Positions 12,273 to 21,031 of a DNA stretch of 30,753 nucleotides are shown in pieces; the stretch's first letter is position 1, and the number at the start of each line of letters is the position of its first letter. Location of the stretch: assembly GCA_038850285.1 (NCBI GenBank), contig JAWCMA010000007.1:1-30753 (forward strand). The letters are read 5' to 3'. The notes beneath the pieces are model-generated. The model made no database searches, had not been told where the DNA came from, and saw only the letters and a list, made by a program, of their open reading frames with translations. Position numbers and translations under genes: made by a program. The DNA comes from Methanocellales archaeon. Its GTDB lineage: Archaea; Halobacteriota; JAWCLZ01.

Positions 12273-12605
12273 TTAATGCGCTGCAAGATAAGGCGGGTGA
12301 TGATAAACCTCTTCACAAGCTTTCAAACAGCTTTCGCAGAGCTTCTTGGTTATTAACACCGGCTCTGGAATTTCTGGCTTGGGAATTTGAACAGCATATA
12401 TTTGAAGTTTCGAATCACAGAGATCGCATTTCCCAATGCCAAGCTTGCTCAAGGTATTAAATTTTTTATATGCCTCGTGGCAAGCGGTTAAGCAGCTCTT
12501 GCATAATCCCTTCCATACACCCCTAGGATATGCCATTCTAGGGGTATTTACCTTAACTGGTATGCAAGTAGGCACAGCCACCAAGCAAATATCACAATCT
12601 GCCAT
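12273..12605 (-). CDS. fpoO: F420H2 dehydrogenase subunit FpoO homolog
   Basis: MADCDIC...PT.IPV...AYPRGVWKGLCKSCL...GKCDLC...LCESCL matches the FpoO pattern as I recall it; AGGAGG RBS before ATG 12605. Confidence 0.85.
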   Translation of the reverse strand: MADCDICLVAVPTCIPVKVNTPRMAYPRGVWKGLCKSCLTACHEAYKKFNTLSKLGIGKCDLCDSKLQIYAVQIPKPEIPEPVLITKKLCESCLKACEEVYHHPPYLAAH

Positions 12606-12671
12606 TTTATTCCTCCTTTTGGAGTAAGAAACACTTGGCAAAAAGAATGATAAATACTTTTTTAAATTATT

Positions 12672-12699
12672 TTAAGAATTAAGAATTAAGAATTAAGAA
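12672..12699. repeat. Tandem heptamer (TTAAGAA)x4
   Basis: Four perfect copies between the prs stop and the fpoO promoter region. Confidence 0.95.
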
Positions 12700-12706
12700 A
12701 TTATTT

Positions 12707-13615
12707 TTAGAGTGAAAGATCTCTCACTGCATTTGCAATCAATGGGGCAACGCTCACTGCGCCAGTGCTCTTTTCAAGGGTATCAGTGGATATTACCTCC
12801 TTCACCCCTGCGCTGTAAAGCTTGGAAAGAGCACCTCCAGCTAGAACTCCATGCACGCAGGCCACATATACTTCTCTCGCTCCCTGTGACTTCAATACCT
12901 TAACTGCCTCTAGAATTGTTCCCCCGGTTGAAATTATGTCGTCTATTAGCACTATTTCCCTCCCCTCAACGCTGAGTTTTTTAGATTTAATCTCAACTTT
13001 TTCTGCACTCAAGCGCTTTTTCTCCAAGTAATCATATTCTAAATTAAATTTCCCCGCTACTGTTTCCGCAAGTTTAATAGCACCTATGTCAGGAGCTATT
13101 AACACTGGATTTTCTATGACTTTGGAGAGATATTCCCCGAGAAGGGGAGCTGCATTTAGGTCATAAGCTGGGCATTTGAAAAACTGCAGCACCTTTTTAC
13201 TATGTATATTGATCGTAAATATTCTATCCACCTCTAATGCTCTTGCCATTGCTCTTGCACTAACCGCTTCACCCTCCTGAAAGCGTCTATCCTGTCTAGC
13301 ATATCCAAAATAAGGTATTACAGCAGTAATCCCAGCTCCTTCGCAAGCATCTATAAGCTGCAGGAGGTGTATGTATTCACCATCACTTGGAGTGCTTTGA
13401 ATAATTGCAATCTCACCTGCGATCTCGCCTAATACTCTAGTATAGGCTTCCCCATCTGGAAACCACCTGAATTCAATTTCCAAGAGATCGCATCTCAGCA
13501 GTTTGGCAACTTTGGCAGCTAGATTTTGAGAAGCATGTCCGCCTATAATTTTCAATCTATCGCAGGTAGATTTCATCTTCGTCTCCATCTTAACATTAGC
13601 AATTAGCTCGGTCAT
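12707..13615 (-). CDS. prs: Ribose-phosphate pyrophosphokinase
   Basis: FPDGE, PYFGYARQDR, APDIGA, LIDDIISTGGT, CVH. True start may be later (ATG 13576 or TTG 13555). Confidence 0.96.
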   Translation of the reverse strand: MTELIANVKMETKMKSTCDRLKIIGGHASQNLAAKVAKLLRCDLLEIEFRWFPDGEAYTRVLGEIAGEIAIIQSTPSDGEYIHLLQLIDACEGAGITAVIPYFGYARQDRRFQEGEAVSARAMARALEVDRIFTINIHSKKVLQFFKCPAYDLNAAPLLGEYLSKVIENPVLIAPDIGAIKLAETVAGKFNLEYDYLEKKRLSAEKVEIKSKKLSVEGREIVLIDDIISTGGTILEAVKVLKSQGAREVYVACVHGVLAGGALSKLYSAGVKEVISTDTLEKSTGAVSVAPLIANAVRDLSL

Positions 13616-13678
13616 ATCTTCAGTTGATGTTCACTTTGTTCCCTTTGAAATATCTGATAGCGCGCTGATATCCTTCTT

Positions 13679-13909
13679 TTATTTGATTCGCTTCTCAAAG
13701 ATCAAGCGCGTTTCCTTAATCCCTTCAATGCCTCGAAGCACGCCTGAAACGAAATCAATTGCTTCTATAGAATCCTTTGCCTCTATCCTCGCCAAGATAT
13801 CAAATTCTCCAGTTATTATATAGACCTCTGATACCTTGGTGTTTTTAGCAAGTTCAGCTGCAACATCTCTTTCCCTTCTAACATCAGTTTTAACAATCAA
13901 AAAAGGCAT
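13679..13909 (-). CDS. Stand-alone Lrp/AsnC ligand-binding (RAM) domain protein
   Basis: EVYIITGEFDILARI...LRGIEGIKET; no HTH; GAGGTG RBS before ATG 13909. Confidence 0.85.
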   Translation of the reverse strand: MPFLIVKTDVRRERDVAAELAKNTKVSEVYIITGEFDILARIEAKDSIEAIDFVSGVLRGIEGIKETRLIFEKRIK

Positions 13910-14003
13910 ATTTAACACCTCAGTTTAAGAAAAAGTTTTATTAATATAAATTTTTTTAGATCGAGCTAAAGCTTAAGTTAAAGAATGGATATGAATAGGC
14001 TAT

Positions 14004-14240
14004 ATGCCAATTGGAATTGTGCTTATCAACGTTGAAATAGGGAAGGATCGCGAGGTCTATGAAAAATTGATTAAAAAATTTAAAGAAGTCTACTTCTTAT
14101 TTGGCAAATATGACTTGATAATTAAGCTTGAGGTAAAGGATTTTGATGAACTTAGCGAGATCGTTTTCAATGAGATTAGAACAATTGAGGGCATTAAGTC
14201 AACCACGACTCTCGCTGGCACCAGTTTACCGGATAAATAG
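14004..14240 (+). CDS. Stand-alone Lrp/AsnC ligand-binding (RAM) domain protein
   Basis: VLINVEIG, EVYFLFGKYDLIIK, IRTIEGIKSTTT; no HTH. Confidence 0.88.
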   Translation: MPIGIVLINVEIGKDREVYEKLIKKFKEVYFLFGKYDLIIKLEVKDFDELSEIVFNEIRTIEGIKSTTTLAGTSLPDK

Positions 14241-14741
14241 CTATTCCAATTCGATTTCGATTTTCTCAGGCTCAGCCATAATTTTTTTCACATACTTCCG
14301 CATGAAGGGGCGCTTTGATCTAGCGCCGGAGAAAACTTCTCTTCCTTCTTTTTTAAGGGCTTTTTTGCTGAATTCCTCGATAGTGGAACTGCACTGGGAT
14401 AGAAGCAAGCCCGCGAGGTTCTCTTCAAATTTCAAAGCTGGATAGCGCTTTCCAATGAATTGCTTTAAATCTTCAGCTGTAACCTCTATCGATTTATCTT
14501 TCAAGCTAATTGTAATTTTCTCACGCGTTGCTTCTAAACGATTTATTAATCTAGGGAAGTTGGAAAAAATGAAGCTATTTTCCCCTGCTTCAAATTCTCG
14601 TGAGATGGCTTTTGCATTTTTCATTTTTTCAATTAAACATGGTGTTAAGAATGGATCGGGTCTTGAGAGAAGTGAGTGAATTAGATTAAGCTGTACTCCT
14701 AAATGATCCCTTATCTCCGACCTAGTGATTTCAATTTTCAT
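14241..14741 (-). CDS. Hypothetical protein (166 aa) downstream of sufB
   Basis: ATG 14741 lies 1 nt after the sufB stop; the frame fills the gap up to the convergent gene. No family recognised. Confidence 0.7.
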   Translation of the reverse strand: MKIEITRSEIRDHLGVQLNLIHSLLSRPDPFLTPCLIEKMKNAKAISREFEAGENSFIFSNFPRLINRLEATREKITISLKDKSIEVTAEDLKQFIGKRYPALKFEENLAGLLLSQCSSTIEEFSKKALKKEGREVFSGARSKRPFMRKYVKKIMAEPEKIEIELE

Positions 14742-14742
14742 A

Positions 14743-15969
14743 TCATAAGATTTGTTTTTCACCTAGCCTTATTATACGCTTGACTTCATCTCTAAGCTGT
14801 TCCGGTAAACTGGGTATATCAACATCTAAAAATCCCCGCACGATCACCGAAGTTGCTTCATCGCTGCTCAAGCCCCGTGCCATTAGATATTGGATTTCCT
14901 CCTCAGCAATCTTGCCAACTGCTGCTTCGTGAGATAGATCAACCCCTTCAACTTTCCCCTCAAGTTCAGGTATAGCGTGAATCCAACCGCCATTTCCAAG
15001 GATCAAGCCTCTGCATTCCAAGTGCGCCTTAACCCCTGGAACTTCTCCAACAATGTGGCCTCTGGAAACGATCCTCCCTCCCTTTGTAATTGCTCTAGTT
15101 ATTATCTCAGCTCTATTTGCTTTAGATTTAAGATATACTCTAGAGCCAACATCTAAATTGCTTCCCCTGGGGGCATATAAAACTGTGTTATATCTTGCAA
15201 TTGCCTTCTCGCCTAAGAGATAAGCAGCTGGATACATTTGCAAGCTCTTCACCGAGCGCATGCAGATATAGTTGCTCAAGAAAACTCCATTTTCCTCAAC
15301 CAAAGTACCAGTTCTAGGTCGAACCTCAACTTCTTCTGCCCAGTTGTGGATCATTGTAAAACTCAACTTAGCATTTTTCTTTACATAGAACTCCGATATG
15401 CCTATGTGCAGTGCACTCTTAACCTCTGGAGCAGTGGTACAGCCTGTTATTATATGCAATTCACTTCCTTCCTCTGCTATTATGATGTTGTGCACATTTT
15501 GAGCTAGCTTTGGTGTGCCTATGAAAAGGCAAGCTTGAACTGGGTATATCACCTTCACTCCGGGTTTAGCTCTTATGAAATATCCATGGTTTAGATGCAG
15601 CTCAGCTTGAGCAGTATACTTATCCGCATCCACATCCACCGCTCGCCAGTAATAATCCCGCAGCCATTCATATTTCTCAAGCGCTTCAATGGTACTCATT
15701 ACCTCTACATCAGGTGATTGCGCTTTAGAGCAAATCACTGAGTGATCAAGTTGAAAGAAAGTACCGGCCCTCTGCTTCTCCTCTAAATCCACCCCTGTTT
15801 TGAACGCTTGATCTCGATATCCCAGGGGTAGATCTTTATAATTAATTGATTCAAAATAGGAGCCATCGAGCTTGAATCTTTCTAAGTTTATATCCTCGCC
15901 AATTGGGGCTTTTTTATTCTGCGCTGCAAGAGCTCTTTGCTTTATCTTTACCTCAGGCAAGTAATACAC
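14743..15969 (-). CDS. sufB: SufB/SufD-family Fe-S scaffold (SmsB-type)
   Basis: PVQACL, QNVHNIIIAEEGS, ITGC, HLECRGL, AIPEL, LSHEAAVGKI, YLMARGL. Exact start uncertain. Confidence 0.93.
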   Translation of the reverse strand: MYYLPEVKIKQRALAAQNKKAPIGEDINLERFKLDGSYFESINYKDLPLGYRDQAFKTGVDLEEKQRAGTFFQLDHSVICSKAQSPDVEVMSTIEALEKYEWLRDYYWRAVDVDADKYTAQAELHLNHGYFIRAKPGVKVIYPVQACLFIGTPKLAQNVHNIIIAEEGSELHIITGCTTAPEVKSALHIGISEFYVKKNAKLSFTMIHNWAEEVEVRPRTGTLVEENGVFLSNYICMRSVKSLQMYPAAYLLGEKAIARYNTVLYAPRGSNLDVGSRVYLKSKANRAEIITRAITKGGRIVSRGHIVGEVPGVKAHLECRGLILGNGGWIHAIPELEGKVEGVDLSHEAAVGKIAEEEIQYLMARGLSSDEATSVIVRGFLDVDIPSLPEQLRDEVKRIIRLGEKQIL

Positions 15970-16697
15970 CCCTCGTAGCCTTTTTCCTTGATATCTTCCA
16001 GTAGCTCAAGTGGGTTGCCTGAGCACATTAGCATGCCATCCATCATTATATGTGCTCTATCCACTTTTACATAATTCAAAATATGCCCAAAATGGGTGAT
16101 TATCAAACCGCATTTGGTTCGCTTGCTCATTCGCTTCCCTCTTTCTAGAAGTTCATTGATTACTTCGCCTACTAGATGTATGTTTACGAGATCGATCCCT
16201 GAGTCTGGTTCATCAAGCATTAAGAAATCGGGTTTTAAAGCGAGGAGCTGAAGCAGTTCCGAGCGCTTAATTTCTCCCCCTGAGAAGCCCAAGTTCACAT
16301 CTCTATTTAAAAAGTCCTCTCCAAAGTTAAGTCTCCTAGCGAGCGCTGATGCTTCCTCTTTCTTAATCTGATTATCTTTTTCGCCCAAGGCAATACTTAA
16401 AATGTCCCTGAGTTTGACTCCTCTTAAAACAGGTGGATGTTGAAATGCAAGTCCAATGCCTAGCTTGGCGCGTTCATTGATGGGCAGCTCAGTTATATCA
16501 ATGCCTTTAAAAAATATCCTTCCAAATTCAACCTTATACTTAGGGATGCCCATGATTGCCATGAGCAGCGTTGTCTTTCCACTGCCATTTGGCCCTAGAA
16601 GAGCGTGAATCTCTCCCCCATCGATATTTAAATTCACATTCTTCAAAATCCTTTGACCCTCAACGCTTACCGTGAGATTTTCTATTCTAAGCATCAC
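15948..16697 (-). CDS. sufC: SufC-family ABC ATPase (SmsC-type)
   Basis: GPNGSGKT, RDVNLGFSGGEIKRSE, LDEPDSG, IITH, C-terminal GYEGCITC. Confidence 0.93.
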   Translation of the reverse strand: MMLRIENLTVSVEGQRILKNVNLNIDGGEIHALLGPNGSGKTTLLMAIMGIPKYKVEFGRIFFKGIDITELPINERAKLGIGLAFQHPPVLRGVKLRDILSIALGEKDNQIKKEEASALARRLNFGEDFLNRDVNLGFSGGEIKRSELLQLLALKPDFLMLDEPDSGIDLVNIHLVGEVINELLERGKRMSKRTKCGLIITHFGHILNYVKVDRAHIMMDGMLMCSGNPLELLEDIKEKGYEGCITCLR

Positions 16698-16802
16698 TTA
16701 AACCTCTTTAGTTTATTTCTGAATTCTTGGATAAGAGGATTTCCCTTTGCATTGCACGCAGACCAATTTGTTTATAAATGATAATGCTTAAAAAAAGCTA
16801 TA

Positions 16803-17807
16803 ATGCAATTTCGAAAGCGAAGGCACATAATCTTTGCAATTATCATTGGCGGGATCATCTTCTCTATATTTACATTTGAAATTGGCTGGGGAAAATTTAT
16901 TCAGCTCCTCTATCAGAGCGAAAAGCGCTTTTTATTGCTGGCAGTTGGCTTTAACTTTCTCAATGTACTTGCCTTTACTCTCTCTTGGAAGGTAATTGTA
17001 TTTGAAAAAATAAATCTCCGCAGGCTGATGAGGCTATACTTAGTCGGAGTATTTGTGAATTATATCACCCCTTCAATGGGCACTGCGGGGGAGCCTGTGA
17101 AGGCATATCTATTGAGTAGAGATACTAAAAGTGAGTATGCAAAAGCATTTGCAACGGTTATGACTCAGCGATTGCTCAACATGCTTCCCTTCACAATTGT
17201 AACAATCCTAGGAATAGGCACATTAATTGCATTTCGCCACTCAGCAGGCTGGGAGTTCTGGGTGCTTGGAATTTCTTTCTCCATCACCATTGCTATGTTC
17301 CTATTTTTGATCTATCTCTACACTAGAAAAGAGCGGCTTAAAACTATTGCAAGAGTTTTTTTAAAGCTCTTCTTCCCCTTGATTCGGCGCTATCAAAGAG
17401 GTGGCGTTGACTATGAGAAATATCTGCATAAAATCGATCACTCAGTTGATTCCTTCCACTCAGGCTTGAAGGAGATTTCAAATCATAAAATTAGATTAGC
17501 TAGTTCCATATTCTTTTCATTCCTAGGCTGGTTCTTCGATGTACTGCTTGCATATACAATCTTCCTAGCTCTAAATTACAATATTGACATTGGAATTTTA
17601 ATAGTGGCATACTCAGTTGCAATGGTTGCAGGCATGCTTCCGCTCTTTTTACCCGGAGGACTTGGAACTGTAGATGCAACAATGGCATTGCTCTACGTAG
17701 CAGCGGGCGTGCCAGTTGAGATCGCATTGCTCTCAACCGTGCTCTATAGATTAATTCAATACTGGCTGACCACGATTATTGGAGCAACCTGCACCATTGG
17801 AATATAA
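16803..17807 (+). CDS. Flippase-like / lysylphosphatidylglycerol-synthase TM domain protein (UPF0104)
   Basis: Polytopic membrane protein with FVNYITPS..AGEPVKAY, LPGGLG and LYRLIQYW. Confidence 0.85.
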   Translation: MQFRKRRHIIFAIIIGGIIFSIFTFEIGWGKFIQLLYQSEKRFLLLAVGFNFLNVLAFTLSWKVIVFEKINLRRLMRLYLVGVFVNYITPSMGTAGEPVKAYLLSRDTKSEYAKAFATVMTQRLLNMLPFTIVTILGIGTLIAFRHSAGWEFWVLGISFSITIAMFLFLIYLYTRKERLKTIARVFLKLFFPLIRRYQRGGVDYEKYLHKIDHSVDSFHSGLKEISNHKIRLASSIFFSFLGWFFDVLLAYTIFLALNYNIDIGILIVAYSVAMVAGMLPLFLPGGLGTVDATMALLYVAAGVPVEIALLSTVLYRLIQYWLTTIIGATCTIGI

Positions 17808-17836
17808 ATAAAAGTATTAGTATTAAGTATCAAGAA

Positions 17837-17953
17837 TCAAGAGCTCTTTGATATGAATCTCCTTACTATAAGCACTATTAAAATAGCAATAAAGGCTCCT
17901 ATTAATCCACCCACTAATCCCGCGACAATTGCTATTGTAAGTAAAGGCAGCAT
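17837..17953 (-). CDS. Single-TM microprotein B (38 aa)
   Basis: Hand translation MLPLLTIAIVAGLVGGLIGAFIAILIVLIVRRFISKSS*; ATG directly follows the upstream TAA, with AGGTG RBS-like sequence. Confidence 0.7.
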   Translation of the reverse strand: MLPLLTIAIVAGLVGGLIGAFIAILIVLIVRRFISKSS

Positions 17954-18076
17954 TTAAACACCTTCAAGCCTATTTCTTATCTTTAAAAATAATATGATCG
18001 CTATACCTGCGCCCGTTAAGCCGCTGATTATACCAGCGATGAACATTGAGATTACAGCATCCATTTCACTTATCAT
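17954..18076 (-). CDS. Single-TM microprotein A (36-40 aa)
   Basis: Hand translation MISEMDAVISMFIAGIISGLTGAGIAIILFLKIRNRLEGV*; TATA-like CTATAAA/TTTAT just upstream on the minus strand. Confidence 0.7.
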   Translation of the reverse strand: MISEMDAVISMFIAGIISGLTGAGIAIILFLKIRNRLEGV

Positions 18077-18187
18077 TTTACCCAAAACTTAATTTTTATA
18101 GATAAATAGTTTACGACCATTAACCATTAAATGGTAATAATTAAGTAATCAATAGAGCATAAACACCTTCGATTAGGAGGACTTAAC

Positions 18188-18844
18188 ATGAGATTTGTAT
18201 TACTCGGCCCCCCAGGTGCGGGGAAGGGCACACAGGCGCAGATGCTTGTAACTAAATATGGAGTGCCTCAAATTGCAACAGGTGATATTTTAAGGGCAAA
18301 TGTTAAAGCTGGAACAGAGCTGGGGAAAAAAGCGAAGATCTACATGGACAAAGGGGAACTTGTGCCTGATCAGCTGGTAATTGCCTTGCTCAAAGAGAGA
18401 ATTTCTCAGCCTGATGCAAAAAAGGGTTTTATTCTCGACGGCTTTCCTAGAACGGTTGCTCAAGCAGAAGCCCTTGAGGTTTTACTCAAAGAACTCAATA
18501 TGAAGCTCGATGCAGTTATAAGCATCGATGTGGCTCCTGAAGAATTAATAAGGCGATTATCGGGACGTAGGATCTGCAGAAATACCGCGTGTGGAGCAAG
18601 CTATCATTTGATCTTCAATCCCCCTAAGGCTGCAAATAAATGCGATAAATGCGGTTCTGAGTTATATCAAAGGGATGATGATAAAGAGGAAGCGATTAAG
18701 AACCGGCTGAAGGTTTACACCGCTCAAACTGAGCCTTTGATAAATTATTACCAGCGGAAGGGTAAGCTTATTAAAGTCGATGGTGCGAGAGAGATAAATG
18801 CAATATTCAATGAATTAAGCCAGATCTTTGAGAGATATAAGTAG
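18188..18844 (+). CDS. adk: Adenylate kinase, bacterial type with Cys-containing LID
   Basis: GPPGAGKGTQ, TGDILR, GELVPD, LDGFPRT, RRIC...C...CDKC, QRDDD; AGGAGG RBS. Confidence 0.97.
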   Translation: MRFVLLGPPGAGKGTQAQMLVTKYGVPQIATGDILRANVKAGTELGKKAKIYMDKGELVPDQLVIALLKERISQPDAKKGFILDGFPRTVAQAEALEVLLKELNMKLDAVISIDVAPEELIRRLSGRRICRNTACGASYHLIFNPPKAANKCDKCGSELYQRDDDKEEAIKNRLKVYTAQTEPLINYYQRKGKLIKVDGAREINAIFNELSQIFERYK

Positions 18845-18853
18845 GAAAGCAGT

Positions 18854-19438
18854 ATGGCGAAAAAATATATCGAATACGCGGCACTTGGACTCGGACTAGT
18901 TCTCATGCTTGCACTTTTTAATGAAGGCACGAGAGTAGCGATTGGCCGCGCGATGGAAGTAATTTTTGGCCCCCTGGCAAGTGCTCTACCATTTCACATT
19001 GTCATCTTAATTCTAGCTTCAATAACGGGTGTTTATTCCGCGATTATTCAAAGATATACCATAGACTATGAGCTTGCGAAGAGATTTCAAGCGGAGTGGA
19101 AAAAACTCAATCAAGAATATAAAGAGGCGATGAAAACCAAGAATCAAGCCAAGCTTAAAAAACTGCAGGAGAAACAGCGCGAGTTAATGAGGAATCAAAG
19201 CGATTTAATGATGCAGCAATTCAAGCCAATGCTCTACATAGGCATAATCTCAATTCCAATCTGGCTATGGATATATCTATATACCATTAACAACCCTGAA
19301 CTTGCGATGATTTTTCCATTCTTCGGTGAGAAGCATTTGACTGAGAGCGTGCTTGGTCCCTTTTCAGTATGGATCGTTTGGTATATCCTTTGCTCCATTC
19401 CAATAGGGCAAGTCTTCAGAAAGGTACTCGGGATGTAG
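18854..19438 (+). CDS. DUF106 / EMC3-TMCO1 (Oxa1 superfamily) membrane protein
   Basis: TM helix, coiled coil, QFKPM..I.IP, W..WYILCS; usual position after adk. Confidence 0.9.
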   Translation: MAKKYIEYAALGLGLVLMLALFNEGTRVAIGRAMEVIFGPLASALPFHIVILILASITGVYSAIIQRYTIDYELAKRFQAEWKKLNQEYKEAMKTKNQAKLKKLQEKQRELMRNQSDLMMQQFKPMLYIGIISIPIWLWIYLYTINNPELAMIFPFFGEKHLTESVLGPFSVWIVWYILCSIPIGQVFRKVLGM

Positions 19439-19455
19439 GAATAGGATGTAAAAGA

Positions 19456-19980
19456 ATGTTAATTGCATTAAGCGGGCCTCCAGGGAGTGGCAAGTCCACT
19501 GTTGGAATGGAAATCTCAAAGCGCTTGAAGTTTGCATTCATCTCCGCCGGTGATTTATTCCGAAAGATGGCGAGTGAAAAAGGGCTTTCTCTAGCGGAAT
19601 TCAGCAAGCTCGCAGAGAGCGATCACGAAATTGACAAGCTGGTAGATAGCAAGCAGCTGGAGCTTGCATTAAGCCATGAAAATGCAGTTATAGAGGGACG
19701 CCTAGCAGCATATAAAATACCAGCGGATCTAAAAATTCTGCTCCTAGCTTCAATTGAGACAAGAGCAGCTAGAATTGCCAAGCGAGAGCAAAAGCCATTT
19801 ATGCAAGTTTTAAAGGAAACTAAAGAAAGGGAGCGCAGCGAGCAAAAGCGATATAAGCAGATCTATGGCATAGATTTGAACGATTTATCGGCCTACGATT
19901 TGATAATTAATACTGAGAGATTTGATCAAGCGAAAGTGGTTGAAATAGTACTAGCAAGCATAAGATCTCTGGAGCGATAA
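19456..19980 (+). CDS. cmk: Cytidylate kinase, archaeal type
   Basis: IALSGPPGSGKST, SAGDLFR, EGRLA, RYKQIYGID, YDLIINT. Start at ATG 19456. Confidence 0.95.
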   Translation: MLIALSGPPGSGKSTVGMEISKRLKFAFISAGDLFRKMASEKGLSLAEFSKLAESDHEIDKLVDSKQLELALSHENAVIEGRLAAYKIPADLKILLLASIETRAARIAKREQKPFMQVLKETKERERSEQKRYKQIYGIDLNDLSAYDLIINTERFDQAKVVEIVLASIRSLER

Positions 19981-19981
19981 G

Positions 19982-20974
19982 ATGAAGTTTCCATTTGATG
20001 TAGAGCGAGAGCTGCTGCTTAAAAAACCTGCTAAAACCGATCCTAGATATGGCACTTTCCCTGATAAACGCCCTTTACTTGAGCACATCAACCTTGGAGT
20101 GGTTAACCTCGATAAACCCCCTGGTCCAACGAGCCACGAAGTAGTTGCTTGGGTTAAAAAAATTTTGAATTTACGAATCGCAGGCCACAGTGGCACTCTT
20201 GATCCTAAGGTAACTGGGGTTCTTCCGATAATGCTTGGAGATGCAACTAAAGCAGTTGGAGCATTGCTTGAAGCAGGCAAGGAATACATTTGTGCTATGA
20301 GGTTGCACAGGCAAGTTTCAGAGAAAAAAATTCGCGAGGTATTCAAGGAATTCACTGCCACTATTTATCAAAGGCCGCCTCTCAAGAGCGCTGTTAAAAG
20401 GGAAATTAGAATGCGGAAAATCTATTATATGGATATCTTGGAAATTCAAGGCAGGGATGTTCTCTTCAAAGTAGGCTGCGAAGCTGGCACTTATGTTCGA
20501 AAGCTTTGCCACGACCTAGGAGAAGCACTTGGTTCAGGTGCGAATATGTCAGCCTTGCGCCGCACGCGATCCGGTTCTTTTAAAGAGGATAAGACGCTTG
20601 TCAAGCTCCATGAGTTAAAAGATGCCTATATTATCTGGCAAGAGGAAGGGGAGGAATCTCTGCTGCGAAGGATAATTCTGCCAATGGAATATGCTCTTGA
20701 GCATCTGCCTAAGATATACATTCGAGATACCGCTGTTGATGCTATATGCCACGGCGCTGATCTCGCAGTACCGGGAGTGGTTTCCCTTGAATCGAAGATA
20801 GCCCGCGGGGATCAAGTTGCGATTTTCACATTGAAAGGTGAAGCTGTGGCCTTGGGTATAGCGCAGCTCTCGAGCGATGAAATATTGAAATCCAGAGATG
20901 GCATAGCTGTAAACTCCAAGCGAGTTATAATGCCCCTTGGAATCTATCCCAAAGGCTGGACAAGTGCTAAATAA
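19982..20974 (+). CDS. cbf5: H/ACA pseudouridine synthase Cbf5 (TruB family, PUA domain)
   Basis: LDKPPGPTSHEV, GHSGTLDP, YQRPP, CEAGTYVR, LRRTRSG, C-terminal PUA domain. Confidence 0.97.
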   Translation: MKFPFDVERELLLKKPAKTDPRYGTFPDKRPLLEHINLGVVNLDKPPGPTSHEVVAWVKKILNLRIAGHSGTLDPKVTGVLPIMLGDATKAVGALLEAGKEYICAMRLHRQVSEKKIREVFKEFTATIYQRPPLKSAVKREIRMRKIYYMDILEIQGRDVLFKVGCEAGTYVRKLCHDLGEALGSGANMSALRRTRSGSFKEDKTLVKLHELKDAYIIWQEEGEESLLRRIILPMEYALEHLPKIYIRDTAVDAICHGADLAVPGVVSLESKIARGDQVAIFTLKGEAVALGIAQLSSDEILKSRDGIAVNSKRVIMPLGIYPKGWTSAK

Positions 20975-21003
20975 AAATTGGGGGGCACATTTTGATTTTG
21001 ACC

Positions 21004-21031
21004 ACGCAATATCCGCTACGCAATATCCGCT
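21004..21031. repeat. Tandem 14-bp direct repeat (ACGCAATATCCGCT)x2
   Basis: Copies at 21004-21017 and 21018-21031 span the stop codon of the HDAC-family gene. Confidence 0.9.
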
